DNA of 64,000 nt from Pecten maximus (Eukaryota): assembly GCF_902652985.1 (NCBI RefSeq), contig NC_047023.1, forward strand, positions 35,402,001 to 35,466,000, written 5' to 3'. A program made the translations under genes and the position numbers. Of this stretch, positions 1-14,881 are shown one piece after another (within the stretch, counting starts at the first letter, position 1; each line of letters begins with the position of its first letter). Below the pieces are notes generated by a model that did no database searches, was not told the DNA's origin, and saw nothing but the letters and a program-made list of their open reading frames with translations.

Positions 1-455
1 ATTAGGATTATAAATATGCCTAGATTTTTTTTAAACTAGCCTTAATAAATGTAGACTGGTTTATAATTTACAGGACTTTGACTATAATGCATGACAGTGC
101 TAGCCTGCTTCCTGGTCTATATGGGCGGTTAGCTTCTAATTATAATCTAGATCCAGAATAGGTCAACTTCTTGATCAGTAAATAATATATTTTACACACA
201 TGGTTTAGTACAGACAAAATCATTTTGTTCAATATTCTGTTTTTACTACATTCCATAGCAGTACAATGATAACCGTATACACGTACCTGACCAGGGATCG
301 TTTGTTGTAGGCATTTGGAGTTCTTTGTGGTGTACATTTAGTTTTTATATAAGTCTTTCCTGATAACGGAAATTACGTTTTAAAATCCTTGTAAGTATAT
401 AGATCTATTATAACAAACATGTAAAGACTCATTCCTACAAACACTGATAACATAC

Positions 456-518
456 CTTCAGTTTCCGGCTATAATCATCTAGACACTGATCCACACGTGT
501 CCTCGGATCCGGCTCCAT
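456..518 (-). CDS. Putative alternative first coding exon (MEPDPRTRVDQCLDDYSRKLK) of an unidentified minus-strand gene continuing off the left edge
   Basis: ATG at 518, 21 open codons, then AAG|GTATG donor in phase 0. No homology recognised. Confidence 0.35.
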
Positions 519-924
519 ATAGAATAATTAGTACAGATCATTTACTGGGGACATGTATATATATTAATTATATCCAGTCCAATTAAAGTCTGGATCTAGA
601 GTTCTAGTCACACAAAAAGTATACTATAGTCCTGTGACGTAGCAGTCCATAAAAATGATGTTATATTTCAACTCAAGTCTCACAAAGCAAATAGAGTCTA
701 TACTGGGTTGTTTACAAATTACATTTCATTTTTAACATATTATGCAGAGGTATTTCAGTCAAAGTTGTAAATATACTGCTGGAAGTGGCCTTATATAAAT
801 ATATCTAAACACTGTGGGTGTCACTTGTGTTGTAATCTTAGTAGCCTAGACTCTTAAACTCTATCCCTCTCCAAACACCCGTCTACATCTAAGTGGTGTG
901 TTGTTCTCAACTGATTATATTAGT

Positions 925-1485
925 ACAGACCTTGTGTTTGACACAGGGTATATTCTGATGGATGTACAGACCTTGTGTTTTACACAGGGTGATTCTGATG
1001 GACGTACAGACCTTGTGTTTGACACAGGGTATATACTGATGGACGGACAGACCTTGTGTTTGACACAGGGTATATTCTCATGGACGTACATACCTTGTGT
1101 TTGACACAGGGTATATTCTCATGGACGTACAGACCTTGTGTTTGACACAGGGCGATTCTAATGGACGTACAGACCTTGTATTTGACACAGGGCGATTCTA
1201 ATGGACGTACAGACCTTGTTTGACACAGGGTAGATTCTGATGGACGTACAGACCTGGTGTTTGACACAGGGTATATTCTAATGGACGTACAGACCTTGTA
1301 TTTGACACAGGGCGATTCTAATGGACGTACAGACCTTGTTTGACACAGGGTAGATTCTGATGGACGTACAGACCTGGTGTTTGACACAGGGTATATTCTG
1401 ATGGACGTACAGACCTGGTGTTTGACACAGGGTGGATTCTGATGGACGTACAGACCTTGTGTTTGACACAGGGTAGATTCTGAAG
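925..1485. repeat. Minisatellite, 40-41 bp unit (ACAGACCTTGTGTTTGACACAGGGTATATTCTGATGGACGT), ~14 copies
   Basis: Units start at 925, 966, 1006 and so on; explains ORFs 898..1104, 980..1387 and 1278..1493. Confidence 0.95.
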
Positions 1486-4367
1486 GACATCACATTTACC
1501 CCAATATCCCTATCTATCTTATATTAGTAGTATACAGGTCCGTCCTACATCTTCCCTAACTCTATACAGTCCAAATAAAGATAAATAGCTGGTAAAGAAA
1601 TCTTAAAACAATATATGAGGAAGAAAACAAGATTACAAATGAAGTTTAAAAGCATGTTTTTAACCCCAGATATTAACCCTACCAAGACAGTAGGTTTATC
1701 CCAATGTATTTGTATATGTAATTCTCAATACAAAAATCTGACAATAGGTTAACCTTTATATTTACATAGTTAGGCTGACAATGTACCCTGAAGACGGACC
1801 AAACTAAAGGAGGAGGGGAGGGAAAATACACATTCCGTGTAAGAATTCCCATCAACACCTTCAGTTTGGTGTAAGAATTGAATATATTCCTATTAAATGT
1901 GTACCATATCTAGAAAACAGAGTGGAAGGAAAGATGAACAAGTACATGTATATTTCAAGTCAAGTTGACCATGTGCCTGTTTATTTGAACAGCTCCCACT
2001 TGTTGATAGAAAATCTAGATTAACCAGCCAGATCTGGAGAGCTACAGATGAGGAGGTACATGACCATTGTTGTCTTCACAAAAGTTGTGCCAAATTCCAC
2101 CACAGGTGAATGGGGCCACTTAATTTGACAAGGGAAATTTTAAAGTGTTAACATACTAAAATATTGCAGTACTTATGCAGCCACAGTCCCATTGCTTTGA
2201 CAATGAGCTGACCTTGAAATCTATGATCAGAACATTTTCTCATGATGGCATATAGGAAACAGACCATAATTTCACAAGGTAACATGGTTATAATTCCAGG
2301 GAATCCATTCTTCTCTCTGGGTTCTTTTAGCTATAGAAACAGTATAAACTTTGGTAGGAGGATTGTACATAGTGCTGCATCGGGAGGCAGCACCAACTGA
2401 CAGCTTTCATAACATTCTAAACATGTCCCCAAGACGAATGCAGGAAACACAAAAAAAATCAAAAAAAATCACGGAACTGCCATGATATGTACATTAGCTC
2501 CACTATAGGATACATTTAGGTCAGTTTCATTTACCAAAACCTGCTGGAGACATGGAACAGAAAAGTCAAGATGGCCATGTATACATAATGGTACCTATAT
2601 ACATTATGTAGGTACTTTTGTATATATACGAGAACAGGGACTCCAGGCCTCAGAGGTGGAAGATAGAAAGTAATTGAACATTCCAAGTCTGTTAAACTGT
2701 TTCTTGGCCAAATAAACTTGGCAAACAGATAAATGGCCAATTAAGTCCTATATCTCTTTCCAATAGGATTCCACTCAACAGTGTATATGCTTACAGGAGA
2801 AGTCACTTCAAGTCAATCAACATATGTTTCCCACACTACAGGTAGAAATAGCTGTAAACATTCATTCTTGATAGAACCAATTTACTTAAGATTTTACTGA
2901 AATATGAGATTACAATAAATCAATTATCACTCCTGTCTATTTAAATAATTTGGCTGTTTTTATCAGAAATTCAGCAAATTTATTTCTAATTATTATTTTT
3001 TGTGAATTGTCATTTATACACGGCATAATACAAAGCTCATTTTTTTTCATCTTTTTTTTTTTTATATCTAATATGACTGCTTACGGAACATATGGTGTTG
3101 TGCCGAGTTTGATTTAAATGAACTAGCAATTCGACTTTACATACTCAAAAGACTGCATGCATTTCTTGATTGTTACCGTGAAACGTTCTGTGTTACATTA
3201 TATTATCAAAGGACTGAACGCTGGTCTAGGATGTGTCGATGGCATCATCAATATCCGTTCTGCACTATTGACAATAAGGTTTGGTTTTGGCAGTCTGCGC
3301 TTCAGGCCAGTGTGCATCACATCAGACAATTTTTTTTTTTACCCTTAATTAATTCAGTCAGCATTATCTTCCACCAGCAAACGATTTATTCCATAAAATG
3401 AATCACATCTGAGTTCAGACTCTGGAAAATCGTAAATCTGCAACAGTTTGATTTTATTTATTGGACAAACCTATTTAATTATTAAGCCATCTACATAGTA
3501 ATTGTTCGTCCATATATTGACTTGCATTGCACTCGTACCAGACGGAACAAGATCCAAAATGGCTGATCTTGTACCTTAAACATTAACGTCCATTCTCCAT
3601 AGGTATACGTTAATATCTACTATAGCTGACAGTTAACCAGGAGGCTTCTTATTCCTTCCACTTTAAAACAACTGGCACCAAAATATCACAACACATGTTT
3701 TGTATTATCTATAAAAAACAGGCCTTACATCCTAGCATGTGTTATACTCATCACACCGGTAATACCGTACATCTTAAAAGAGTTTTCATCTCGTAAAATA
3801 ATGTATAAACTGTGTGTGATTAGTATATTATAGCTGTTTTCTACATATTACCTGCGGGACAGAAAGGATATTGTATAAATAGGTAGAAACATTCTAATAA
3901 AGATTGACTCGAGAATTTGTACATGCAAGATTGAAGAAAACAATGTACGAATTATTGCACCACACAGCAATATCTACAGTACAAATTAATGTGCTCATCT
4001 TTGATACCTGCAATCCTCAGAATTTAACAAGTGCATTGTTTAGTGAAAATATATATGATAGAATCACATGGACAGTAGTAAATAATTACATTAAGATCAT
4101 TTGGGTAACTGTACAGTAAGTAGATGTATTATATATTTTCCCACAAACTACAAGCATACCCAGTAATCCCAGACAGGAAACTGTTGTAAATAGATAGTTT
4201 ACACAAAATAGTAAAATAAGTACAACATTGTACATAACAGGATACTGGTAACATGATTTACCTCATCAATAACACCAATCATTTTTTTATCGTATCATAT
4301 CTCAGTTTCGTACGTTTTTTATCAGTAGTGGTCATGGTTACATGGTAAAACAGAGGAGGGGTCGTAC

Positions 4368-4466
4368 CTGTACCATTGTTAGTGTGTATGATATTCTTGG
4401 AGATGAGATAAATATGAAACAGATACAAAACAAACAAAGTGTTGTCGGAACCCTTCCCACTGGTTC
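4368..4466 (-). other. Putative exon (5' UTR plus ATG GTA CAG = MVQ) of the same unidentified minus-strand gene
   Basis: Acceptor tttttatcag| at 4466, ATG at 4376, donor CAG|GTACGA after 4368 (phase 0). Confidence 0.35.
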
Positions 4467-4639
4467 CTGATAAAAACTGGTCAGCTATCCGAAATGAAGG
4501 AAACTTTTCATAATAATAATTAATGAATGAGTTAATTATGTTTTTAAGTTTTTTTATACTGTTTTATGTATCACATCAATGTTCACATCTCAAAGCAGTT
4601 CACAAATTCTTCTCCAGGGTTTAAAATGGACCTTAATAA

Positions 4640-5030
4640 AGAAGCCAATGTCTTTTTCTTATCTCCCTTGGGAGCATACAGTCGGAGCTGCCATTTCGGC
4701 ACTATCAGCTCTTATCACATACTCATTACACAGTGCCCCTGGCACTATCAGCTCTTATCACATACTCATTACACAGTGCCCCTGGCACTATCAGCTCTTA
4801 TCACATACTCATTACACAGTGCCCCTGGCACTATCAGCTCTTATCACATAATCATTACACAGTGCCCCTGGCACTATCAGCTCTTATCACATACTCATTA
4901 CAGTGCCCCTGGCACTATCAGCTCTGATCACATACTCATTACACAGTGCCCCTGCCGTGACTCGAACAAGCAACCCTTTGGTAATGTGTAGCTAGTAGTC
5001 CTGCATCCTTTTTCCACTAGAGCACCATGC
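4640..5030 (-). mobile_element. Degenerate tRNA-derived SINE, probably MetaSINE-type, with an internal 43-bp tandem amplification
   Basis: Minus strand has A-box-like TGGTGCTCTAGTGG, B-box GTTCGAGTC and GGCAGCTCCGACTGTATGCTCCCAAGGGAG, which resembles the Meta central domain as I recall it. Confidence 0.55.
4698..4953. repeat. Minisatellite, 43 bp unit (GGCACTATCAGCTCTTATCACATACTCATTACACAGTGCCCCT), ~6 copies
   Basis: Near-identical tandem units; explains the ORFs at 4566-4991. Confidence 0.95.
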
Positions 5031-8000
5031 TTCCATGAATATAATAAAGACATATGTGATATGAAAATATGTGATTACTGGTATGTGTATTTCAAAATGT
5101 TTAACTCATGAAATTTTATAAAATAGGGAGATCAATGAAAAACATTAAGTTTTATTACAGATAACCAGCTTAGATCTTTACCAATGTTTTCCCAACAAGT
5201 TCCTATACCCATTGTAGACAAATTTATCATGAAGAATTATTGGGAATTTGAATAAGTGAGGATCCAGATATACAAAGTGGTACAATGAAAATTTCTACAA
5301 AATAACGATAGTGATTGAGTTGATTTGAACAGACTGTCTTTGTACCAAATGATGTTGATACAAACCAAAATTGGCTGGTTGATGAGAGCGCTGCTGTTTT
5401 CTAGCTTAATTATCAACACAGAAGTCAGCTTTCAATTACTGTACCTAAATATAGGCCAGATGGGCCCAGGTGTTTTTACTCTGTAGTGAACTTTGTCTCA
5501 ACATCAAATAATTCATTCTTTAAACTCATTACAAGTATGAACAGGCACTGCACATGCTTATCCATACTGAAAATAAGAAAATAAGTTTTTCAGGTGATAA
5601 AGTATTTTGGAGGAAAGCAATTAGCTATAGCTATATAGGTTTACTAAATAATTACAAAGTTTACTTTTAAAACTATATTTGACAGCAATCATTCAAACAC
5701 CCTAGCCAAGAATCAAGTACATATGTATTACAATCTATCTCATTAATGGTCTTGTTTATTCATGTAGAAGTTGATACATATACAGGTTTCTAACCTAACC
5801 TGATACAGGCTCTCTATTTTTCTTCTGATGTCCTTTAATTACACGATCAAATACCTTCATGCACCAACGTAAGTGTAGTTCAAAAGAATATATTGATGCC
5901 ATTTTGTTTTCAATTTCAAAGATTTTTCATTCATTCAATTTCAAGGTCACATTTTAGAGATGAACTTCAATAGAGTTTAAACCTCAAATTCCCCCATATG
6001 TTTAGATTTTAAAATCTTGTTCCTTGCTATTGTAAACCTTGTGAAGCCTTTAAAGAATAAAACTGTGCCAAACATGTGATGTAATGGAAAGATAACAAAC
6101 TTCCTTTTTTTGTGTAGAATAAACAATCTTTAAACAATAACTATATATAGTAGACTGCTTATGCTTCAGATTTCGCAAAAGAGTACCATGTGTGCATTTT
6201 ATTACAATAATGATATAAATACCAATTCAAATACATCAAACCATATATCAACATATAGATCTATATGAATAACAGTTCAGATAAGACACAGTGGCCATAT
6301 CTATAGGACCATATGGACAATAAAGAACCATTATATATAATATGCAGTAGCTAGTGTATATACAAAACCTGATATATACATTAAACCTTTCTATTTGCTA
6401 CATGTATGTACCCCAAAATTTGTAGGGTACATTATATTTTGATCAATAGTATAGATCAAAACTGTACATACACGAAGAACAATTATTGTTTTGCTATATA
6501 TCCAGAAAGTGATAACCTGAATGTCTTGATTGATGCAGTGTCTGGATTATCTACTTTTATACCTACAGGTATCACTACATAGATGTGTTAATGACATTAC
6601 CAATGGCTTGTTGGAGAAAAATCAGGGTAACATCAACATCTGGGCAATGCTTCAACATGCAAGACATTTCCTTACAAAATATGTATGTACGTAGCCAATA
6701 ATTAATTTATCAGATTCTGTGTAAACGTCATGCACTTTATGTGTAGTAAATACACAACTTAAGATTTACTTCAATGACAAGAAACCTGGATAGTAAACTT
6801 AAAATAACATAATTTTATAATTTACAGAAATATCAAGGCCAAGAAAAAGGAACAATTGTTTTCAGTTACCCAGCTAGTTACAAAAGCCTTCTAAGACTGT
6901 ATCATTATGACAATTATGGCACTACCTATACTAACATACATGTTACATGTACAATATTACTTTTTTTCCAAACATGCAATAGAAAACAAAAATTAGTTTT
7001 TTTGGCATTATAAATTAACAAGTTCTGAAAAAAGGAATGTTTGCACATACACCACAAGTATACAATTGTGTATGCAGACATGTACATCTATCTACAATAT
7101 CCATGTCTGTATAGCTTGCATTTAAATATAGTCCACTAATGTAGAAGACCGCTGTACCAGTTTACTTAGTTTATAATCATGTTACAGTACATTACCTCCA
7201 TTCTTTAATACAGAATCCACAATAAGTTATGCTGAGAAGAGTTAAAAGTCTGTAAAATGTTGAGTTAAGGTGATTAAATGATTTTGCTTCCTGTTGATAA
7301 TTTGTGAAGATTTAAACAACCCACACAATAACTTGTATTGTAAACACACATAAAACCTTGCCAATTTGAAAATTGAATAATTTTAACTTAATTGACCCAA
7401 AATGCAATGCTGTTACAGTATAAACATATAGAGCAGCATGTAGGTTTTCAGAGAATGCATCTATAGCATAAAATGAAGCATTAAAATCATATCTAGATTA
7501 TAATTAAGTACCAGGGTAAAAAGACTTAAATATTGTCCAGACCATCAATAAGATTAATGTCAAAGCAAAGAAATTGACATCAAAACAAAGAAATGTGATT
7601 AATAAGAAAACAGAAGACTTTCAACATTTAACACATTTTTTTCATGAATTCATATAAAACTAAAAATTGTTTTTACAAACAAAATGTTGTCTCTCCCAAT
7701 CTGTCTATGTGCACAAAAATTCATGTCTCTTCTAATCTCCCTTGTAACAGGCATTGGTGGGTTTTTTGTACTAAATTGACCTTTGTCTTTTAGGTCAAGG
7801 TTGCACTTGTGTACTTTGTCAGTGAGGTTTTATATGGTATACAGCAACATTCATTAGGTTTGTAAGATAAGACATTATTAAAATAATAATATGCAGTGAC
7901 CTTTGAACTTGAGATTACAAGGTCAAACTTAGAAGTTATGGTCCAGACAAGAAATTATCACTAGAAGAACCAGTACGTATATATATACTAATACAGTATG

Positions 8001-10236
8001 TCTCACTTTTGTTGTAGGAGAGACATATCAGTGAGAGCCTATTTATCATCCTTGACATAAGGACAACAAATAACATATTAGAAAATAATATAAACAACTT
8101 TTATATTTGCCATTTTATATCATTGTTTCTGACATTACAATGGACAATATACAATTGTATTTCATGTTAAATACTTTGAATTATAAAAATATTACTACTG
8201 TAATATTGAAAACAACATCAATACAAAGTGCTTTTGATAAAGAAGTAAATACCTTTGTCTGTAATTAGCTGCAGACTGATGAGATCTCAGGCTTCCAGAG
8301 AAAATCATTATGGTAATTTATCTAATTAATAATCCCAAAACACCTCAACAAACATCTGTGTCTGTAACCATTTACTAGATCCGATCTAGAATGGACAACA
8401 CCACACCACAACTGATCAGTGTGCACCACAGCTAGCAAAGCCCTAGAGAAAGAATGTTTTCCAAGCTGGACCTCTGCTGCTACCAAACCATCTGTTTTAT
8501 CATAGCATAATGAGGTTAAATGCTGCCTGCCATGTTTTGTCAGATAAAGTGATGAAGAAAGATAAATTTTCCTGATCAACCTTCCATCACTCGAGGTAAT
8601 GGACCAGTATAGTTCTGCCTATATATATATTGCAGCTACAATATGCCTCCCCTCCCAGCACTTCTGTATACAGTGCACCATCAGCCTACTGCAGAAAACA
8701 AGTACTATAGACTTTGTGCCAACCAGTCCCCTTCACAAGTACATATGTACATAGGTTGAAAACTTACTGTATAGGTTAAAATTTATTATACAACACTCGT
8801 CTTCCCCTTTCACATCTTTATAGCAAGTCATCAACTTATTACTTCAGCACTCAAAACTATTTCTCAGATGATATGGTTACTTTCCAATTAGCCACGGTGG
8901 AACTAAGGGGGAATATTTTACTTCAACACTTGATGAAAAACACCAGCTAGACTATAGCTGATATATGGCCCCGTACAATCAAACCTTTTAAACAAGTTAG
9001 TTCATCCTTGATAATTGACAGACTCTTTTGATGGATATGATATGTTGGTATGAATAAAATGAAATATAAATACAGTATATAAAAACAAAGCACGACAGAG
9101 GTATACTACTAATCAAACCCTGCTACTCACTGTTTGTCTATTTATTTGTGGCATGTAAAAACATTCATTTAAAAGAAAGAATGATAATTCGCATTTTTAA
9201 ATAACACTGTGATAATAAAATGCTATACTGCAAAGCTTAAGCAATCATAAGCAAGCACTGTTTTCAAAAAGGCCCTCTAAAGTTGGCATTAAATGATCAT
9301 GAAGTATCAGACAAACAGACCTCCAGATATTTGTAGAGAACCCCAATCTCCACTTATTAAACAATTAATGTTACCTTCACCTTTCATGTTCAGACTTCAA
9401 AAGCACATTTTCCGAAAAAGAACGAGATGAAGTCTGAGTGCCATGAAGTATCACTAGGTTGGAAAACAACTCAAATAGTAACTGAACATACAGTGACCTT
9501 GACTTTTGACCTCCAGATCTAGACAATCCAAAGCAGAGCTTCCTTCTATGAGGCAATAGATGAAATCTGAGAGAAATTGGCCTAACCAAATTTCAGAAAC
9601 CAATTTTCTCCCAACAAATTACCAGTGCTAAAAGAAATAGCAATTTTTACTTATCACACAACGTTGAATATCATTTTCAATCAATATGTATGCTCTAAAA
9701 GTATACCTGAGTGACTGTCTTAATCACAAGAATTCACATTTTTTACTGAAAAAGTAAAACTCAAAGATACAAATCAGCCTTGTTCTAAATGTCCTTGAAC
9801 CTCAGAAAAAAAATCATTTTCTTCAAAGCACTTTGCAGTGTACTGATGTGACATTGGAGATTCAAGATTATCTTGAAAAAGTGAACTAGTGCATATGGAA
9901 AGAGTTCACATCTTCAGACAACAGAACAAGAAAAAGTATATAAATAATTTTACTCAAAACTGAGTAGCTTTTAGGAAAATTATCAAAAAATAAAATGCAT
10001 GTACCGTATATGATACATGACATATATTGGATCTATGGTTTTAAATTTGCTTTTGATACACTAATTTCCTCCTTGACCTATAGGACAAAAGTCTACATGC
10101 AAGCATCAATAGCAAATTGATTCTTTAAGCCAGTTGACTAGAAATTAATTGAACATCAGAGTAATGTGTATGTAGCTCCTTGATTACTGTAAAAATGGAA
10201 ATGTTCATGCCATGGAAATTTTCGCTTATTTCAGTC

Positions 10237-10600
10237 CAGGGGTTGACACTAACTAAGTTGCCTTGACAGACCGTCGGGCTGCCAGGTTTTGAAATGAGGC
10301 AGCCCGGGCTGCCAATGGTGAAACCCCTCCTAGGGGATTTGGGGGAAGGTCCCTAAAATGCAGTTTCCTGCTGTCTAGTTTATTCTGAGCATAAAAATAT
10401 TAGATCTTACACCAACAGATTTTATATCAACAGTTTTGAAAATGAAATTATTAAAGTAAACGAGGACAATTTTAGCTGGACATTATACATTTGGCTGAAA
10501 ATGTTGGCAGCCCACAGGGCTGCTGGTCTGGACATTCTGGCAGCCCAACCAGATTTCAGGCAGCCCAGGGCTGCTGGGCTACTGTTAGTGTCGATCCCTG
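10237..10600. mobile_element. hAT-like MITE (364 bp)
   Basis: TIRs CAGGGGTTGACACTAAC ... GTTAGTGTCGATCCCTG; subterminal GGGCTGC/GCAGCCC repeats; degenerate flank similarity (ATTTCA on both sides). Confidence 0.7.
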
Positions 10601-10972
10601 ATTTCATGATCATTAAATCTCATTACAATAAAATCCAAGATTCAAGTTAACGTTTCTGGTGGTAAACCATGTCAGCATTCAAGCATCATGTCCATGATGT
10701 GTATCATTGTCATGGTTGGTCAAGTGTTTGAGACATGACATTACTGATATGAGTAACTTTCTTATTTTGTGATAATTATGATCGGTTTTACATTATTGTA
10801 CATATTAATCGAGAAGCTGCTTGGCGATTGTATAGCTATGGGTCCCAAAACAGCACAGTGTCACATCATTTTTGACACAAAAGATAAACTTACTTGTATT
10901 AGAAATGTTAATGTTGAGTTTCTGCATGGTTATATGTTATATTTGAATCAGAAACTATCAATATATTACTGT

Positions 10973-12721
10973 AACTAGAAATTGTCATGGACAATTTGAC
11001 GGGCTTTTCACTATTTAGCATAAATGACCTAAAGGCTTGGTATTTCCAAACATAAAAAACTATTTTAGAACACTTGATAGGTCATCCACATTCTAGTTTT
11101 GATTAATCTGGTATCTGAGATATAACATTTCAACAAAGGAGTGGATGAAGGGAGATAACTCATACAGCCTTGTACAAGTTATCTCCCTTCGTCCAACTAA
11201 TGTTATATATCAGATGCCGTTATATATCAGATGCCAAATTAATTCAAAATGGCGTACCGCGTTAATGGCAAACGTTACCAAAACACTAAAAACATGAAAA
11301 TCATCAGAATAACATTTTGCATCATACTTAAATTTCTTTTTTTGGAAAAAAAGATTACAAAATGAAGATTTTCTAAAAATAGACTTATTTGACCCCATAG
11401 CGAACGCTTTTATTTGACCTCTGACCCTAAAACTTTTGGTGAGTAAAAGCTAGAGCCAGGCATTAACTACAAATAACATAATTACATGACCCCTGTAAAA
11501 TGAATACTTTTTTAATTATGGGCATTTTAAGCTTTTTAATACATGAGGTCATGGCGGCCATCTTGGATTTCAAATCAACTTAAAAAATAACATAACTTGG
11601 CCAGGACAATCCAAGGATTATTTCAGCTAAGATTGAGCTGAATGCCACTGGTGGAACTTGAGAAGAAGCTTAAAATGTAAAACTATTTTTAATATAGAAT
11701 ATATAGTGGAAATTCAAAATAGCGTATACTGGAAACTGTATGTGTCACAGAAAAACTAAAAACGTCAAATTCATCAGAATGACATTCTACATCATACTAA
11801 GAATTTTTTTTTGGAAAAAGATTGAAAAAATGAAGATTTTCTAAAAATAGACTTATTTGACCCCATAGCGAACGCTTTTATTTGACCTCTGACCCTAAAA
11901 CTTTTTGTGAGTAAAAGCTAGAGCCAGGCTTTAACTACAAATAACATAATTACCTGACCCCTGTAAAATGAATACTTTTTTAATTATGGGCATTTTAAGC
12001 TTTTAAATACATGACGTCATGGCGGCCATCTTGGATTTCAAACCAACTTAAAAAATAACACCACTTGGCCAGGACTATCCAAGGATTATTTCAGCTAAGA
12101 TTGAGCTGAATCCTACAGGTGGAACTTGAGAAGAAGTTTAAAATGTCCTGTAGAACTTGAGAAGAAGTTTAAAATGTAACACACTTTTCTATATTAAAAT
12201 ATATAGGGGGAAATTCAAAATGGCGTACAACAGAAACCGTATGTGTCACAGAAAAACTGAAAACTTCAAATTCATCAAAATGACATTCTGCATCATACTA
12301 AGAATTTGTTTTGGAAAAAAATTGAAAAATGAAGATCTTCTAAAAATAGACTAACTTGACCCATTAGCGAGCTTTTTTATTTGACCTCTGACCTTAAACT
12401 TGTAATTATATAAAAGTTACCCCCAGTTATTATCTACAAATAATATATAACCTCTGTATAATGAATGCTTTTTGAGTTATAGTCATTTTAAACATTTTAG
12501 GTATGACGTCATGGCGGCCATTTTGAATTTTCTGACCTACTTAATTTTGTTACATGAACATCTTCAGACCTTCTTATTAAACATACCTACATCATTTTAA
12601 ACATAACTTATACCATATTTGCTGAATGGCTGTCACAAAATCAAGTGCAGAAGAAGAAAAATAATAAGAAACATAACAGAAACAATAGGTCTTTTCACCA
12701 CTTGGGTGAAAAGCCCTAATA
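10973..12721 (-). mobile_element. Helentron-associated non-autonomous element (HINE-like) with ~470-500 bp internal tandem repeats (~2.7 copies)
   Basis: Minus-strand 5' end TTATTAGGGCTTTTCACCCAAGTGGTGAAAAGACCTA (subTIR plus hairpin); inverted subTIR GGGCTTTTCAC at 11001; 3' stem-loop AAATTGTC-ATG-GACAATTT ending CTAGTT; repeat units at ~11241, 11711 and 12211. Confidence 0.8.
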
Positions 12722-14881
12722 AACAGTCTGTTTAATACATTGAAAACATAGTCTACATAAGCTGTTGCGTTTACAAAAGCGCTACTGTAAATTAGGTTAA
12801 ATTAGGTCAGAACATCAATGTCTGCTTTTAAATTGCCCAGTCATATTTAATAACTGCCAAACTTATTTGATACCTGCAAAATTAACCATCTCTAATTGAG
12901 ACACCTGTGGTTGTTTTGGCTGGACATGAATGCTAGCGCTTATCAAATCACTCAGCATGACCAGATGGCCAATCCTTTCAACTTTACTGTGGGCAACATC
13001 TCGGATATTTATTGGAAGGATACAGTTTTTACTTTTAAGTGAAATGTTTTCTGTTTATCTTTCGTATCTTTAGCTATTGCATCTTAAAACACTACAGAAA
13101 ACAAGAAAAAATAAACTGAAACCAAATTTATTATTTCCTGTAAGCTGTGTCACTGTTAAAATACAAACACAGCCTAACTACAATAAACAGATTGAATCAC
13201 CAAAATACAACATAAATAACGAGCTATCACCGAATATATCATTAAATTTCAACTCAAATCAGCACAAAAGTCTTCCACATCAACCAATCCTTGTCACATG
13301 CATCTTCAGTATTTTTATTTCCGGGATCCGGAGTGCTCAATCAATGAGTTTTCTTATTTGACAAGGCATGGAAGTAAACAGCATTATACTTTGAGAATGG
13401 GCACATATGCTGCATTCAAAATATTTATAGAATTGATCATCAGCCAGTAGTAATTTTTGTAGCATTTTGGACCAATGACTCCCACACTAAATGTATTCAT
13501 CTATCGTTTTTTTTTTTGAAGATTTCAAACTGTTGCCATTTTCAAAAATGGTGTGAATATTAATGAAACTATGAAAATTTTGAAGTACTGTACTGTGATG
13601 TTGTAAATAACCTACATAGTGGCCTTAAATAGGTTGCATTGGGAACTCCCTCAAAAGTTGAGGCAGTATCAATTTTGCAAGACAAATTTGCATTTTACAA
13701 CCGAGTGCATATACCCTAAAAATCTAATATTGTAGAGAAAACTGGTACATCATGCCACCTAGCCTTCTCTAAAGACTTATGACTGCCTATAGATTCCAAA
13801 ACCCAAACAATGCAGTGAGGTACTCCCATTTTGTGACTATCACCTGCTAGAGGTCAGGATCAAAGAGGACACTCTTCGTCACCACGCAGAATATTATATA
13901 CGACAGCGCACCTCCAGCTCATTCCTGCCAAGGGAGATAACTCTGCCCAGATTTTCACTACACCATGATTTAATACAATACATGCATGCACAAAGCTTCT
14001 CCATGGCCATATCAAATAAATATTTACCAGAAGTATTAAATATGAAAATTTTGGATTTCAATATTTGATAACTACACCTTTTTTGTTTATTTTGGTTTGA
14101 ACAGTGTTTGTGTCTCGACCTTCTGTGGTTAGTTCCTAACCTGTTGAATGTAGATCTAGACCAACACAAAGTTTGTTCAAATTTTTAGTTTTTGAATAGG
14201 GAATAATTTTGACAGCTTACCAGAAGAGAGACGAAAAACAAATGGCAGCTAAAAATGAGAACAATTAGGACTAGAACTGGATAAAAATTTGTGCTACATA
14301 CTATATTTGACTTAACGGAGCAACGTAGCTATATTGTTGTCTGGGAAGGCATTTGACACTTTTCACTGTCTTTCAAAGGTGTCAAAAATTCACGGTTTTC
14401 CGATACAAATGTGACATGTCAGGTTTGTCAAAGCTCCACTGAGCACATGTGCTATCACAAATTTTATACACTTACAATCACCTGTGCAACGTGAACATTT
14501 ATAACGTGATCAGTCTATAAGCTACACAGCGCCGAATTCTTTATTTATTTCTGGCCTGAAGCTCTGTTCGACCATGTCATGGCCCGGCAGATATATCTGA
14601 ATTATATCAATAGACGGTCAAGTATTTTCAGCTCATCACATCCACTGTTATAAGCGTGTATGCAATGAAATTTAAAATTCAAATAACGACCATGGTCATA
14701 GAATAGATGCGACAAGTGCTCTATCAGCAAAAACCATGGTGGGTCTGAAGTAGGAAGTTACTCTCGTGGTATAACAGTTACATTTGAAAGAAATTATGTG
14801 TTTATAGTTAATATTGACATTAAACTGCTTGCCTGTGATTATACTATCAAGACACGGGTGTATGATTCATTTTTAACTTAC

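Noticed and set aside
925-1485. Partly palindromic ~40-bp repeats resembling a CRISPR array
   Set aside because: Units are contiguous with no unique spacers, there are no cas genes, and the context is eukaryotic; this is a minisatellite.
4566-4991. Repetitive His/Cys-rich ORFs here and at 980-1387, 49128-50691 and 53164-53409
   Set aside because: They are translations of minisatellites whose unit lengths mostly shift the frame, with no splice or homology support.
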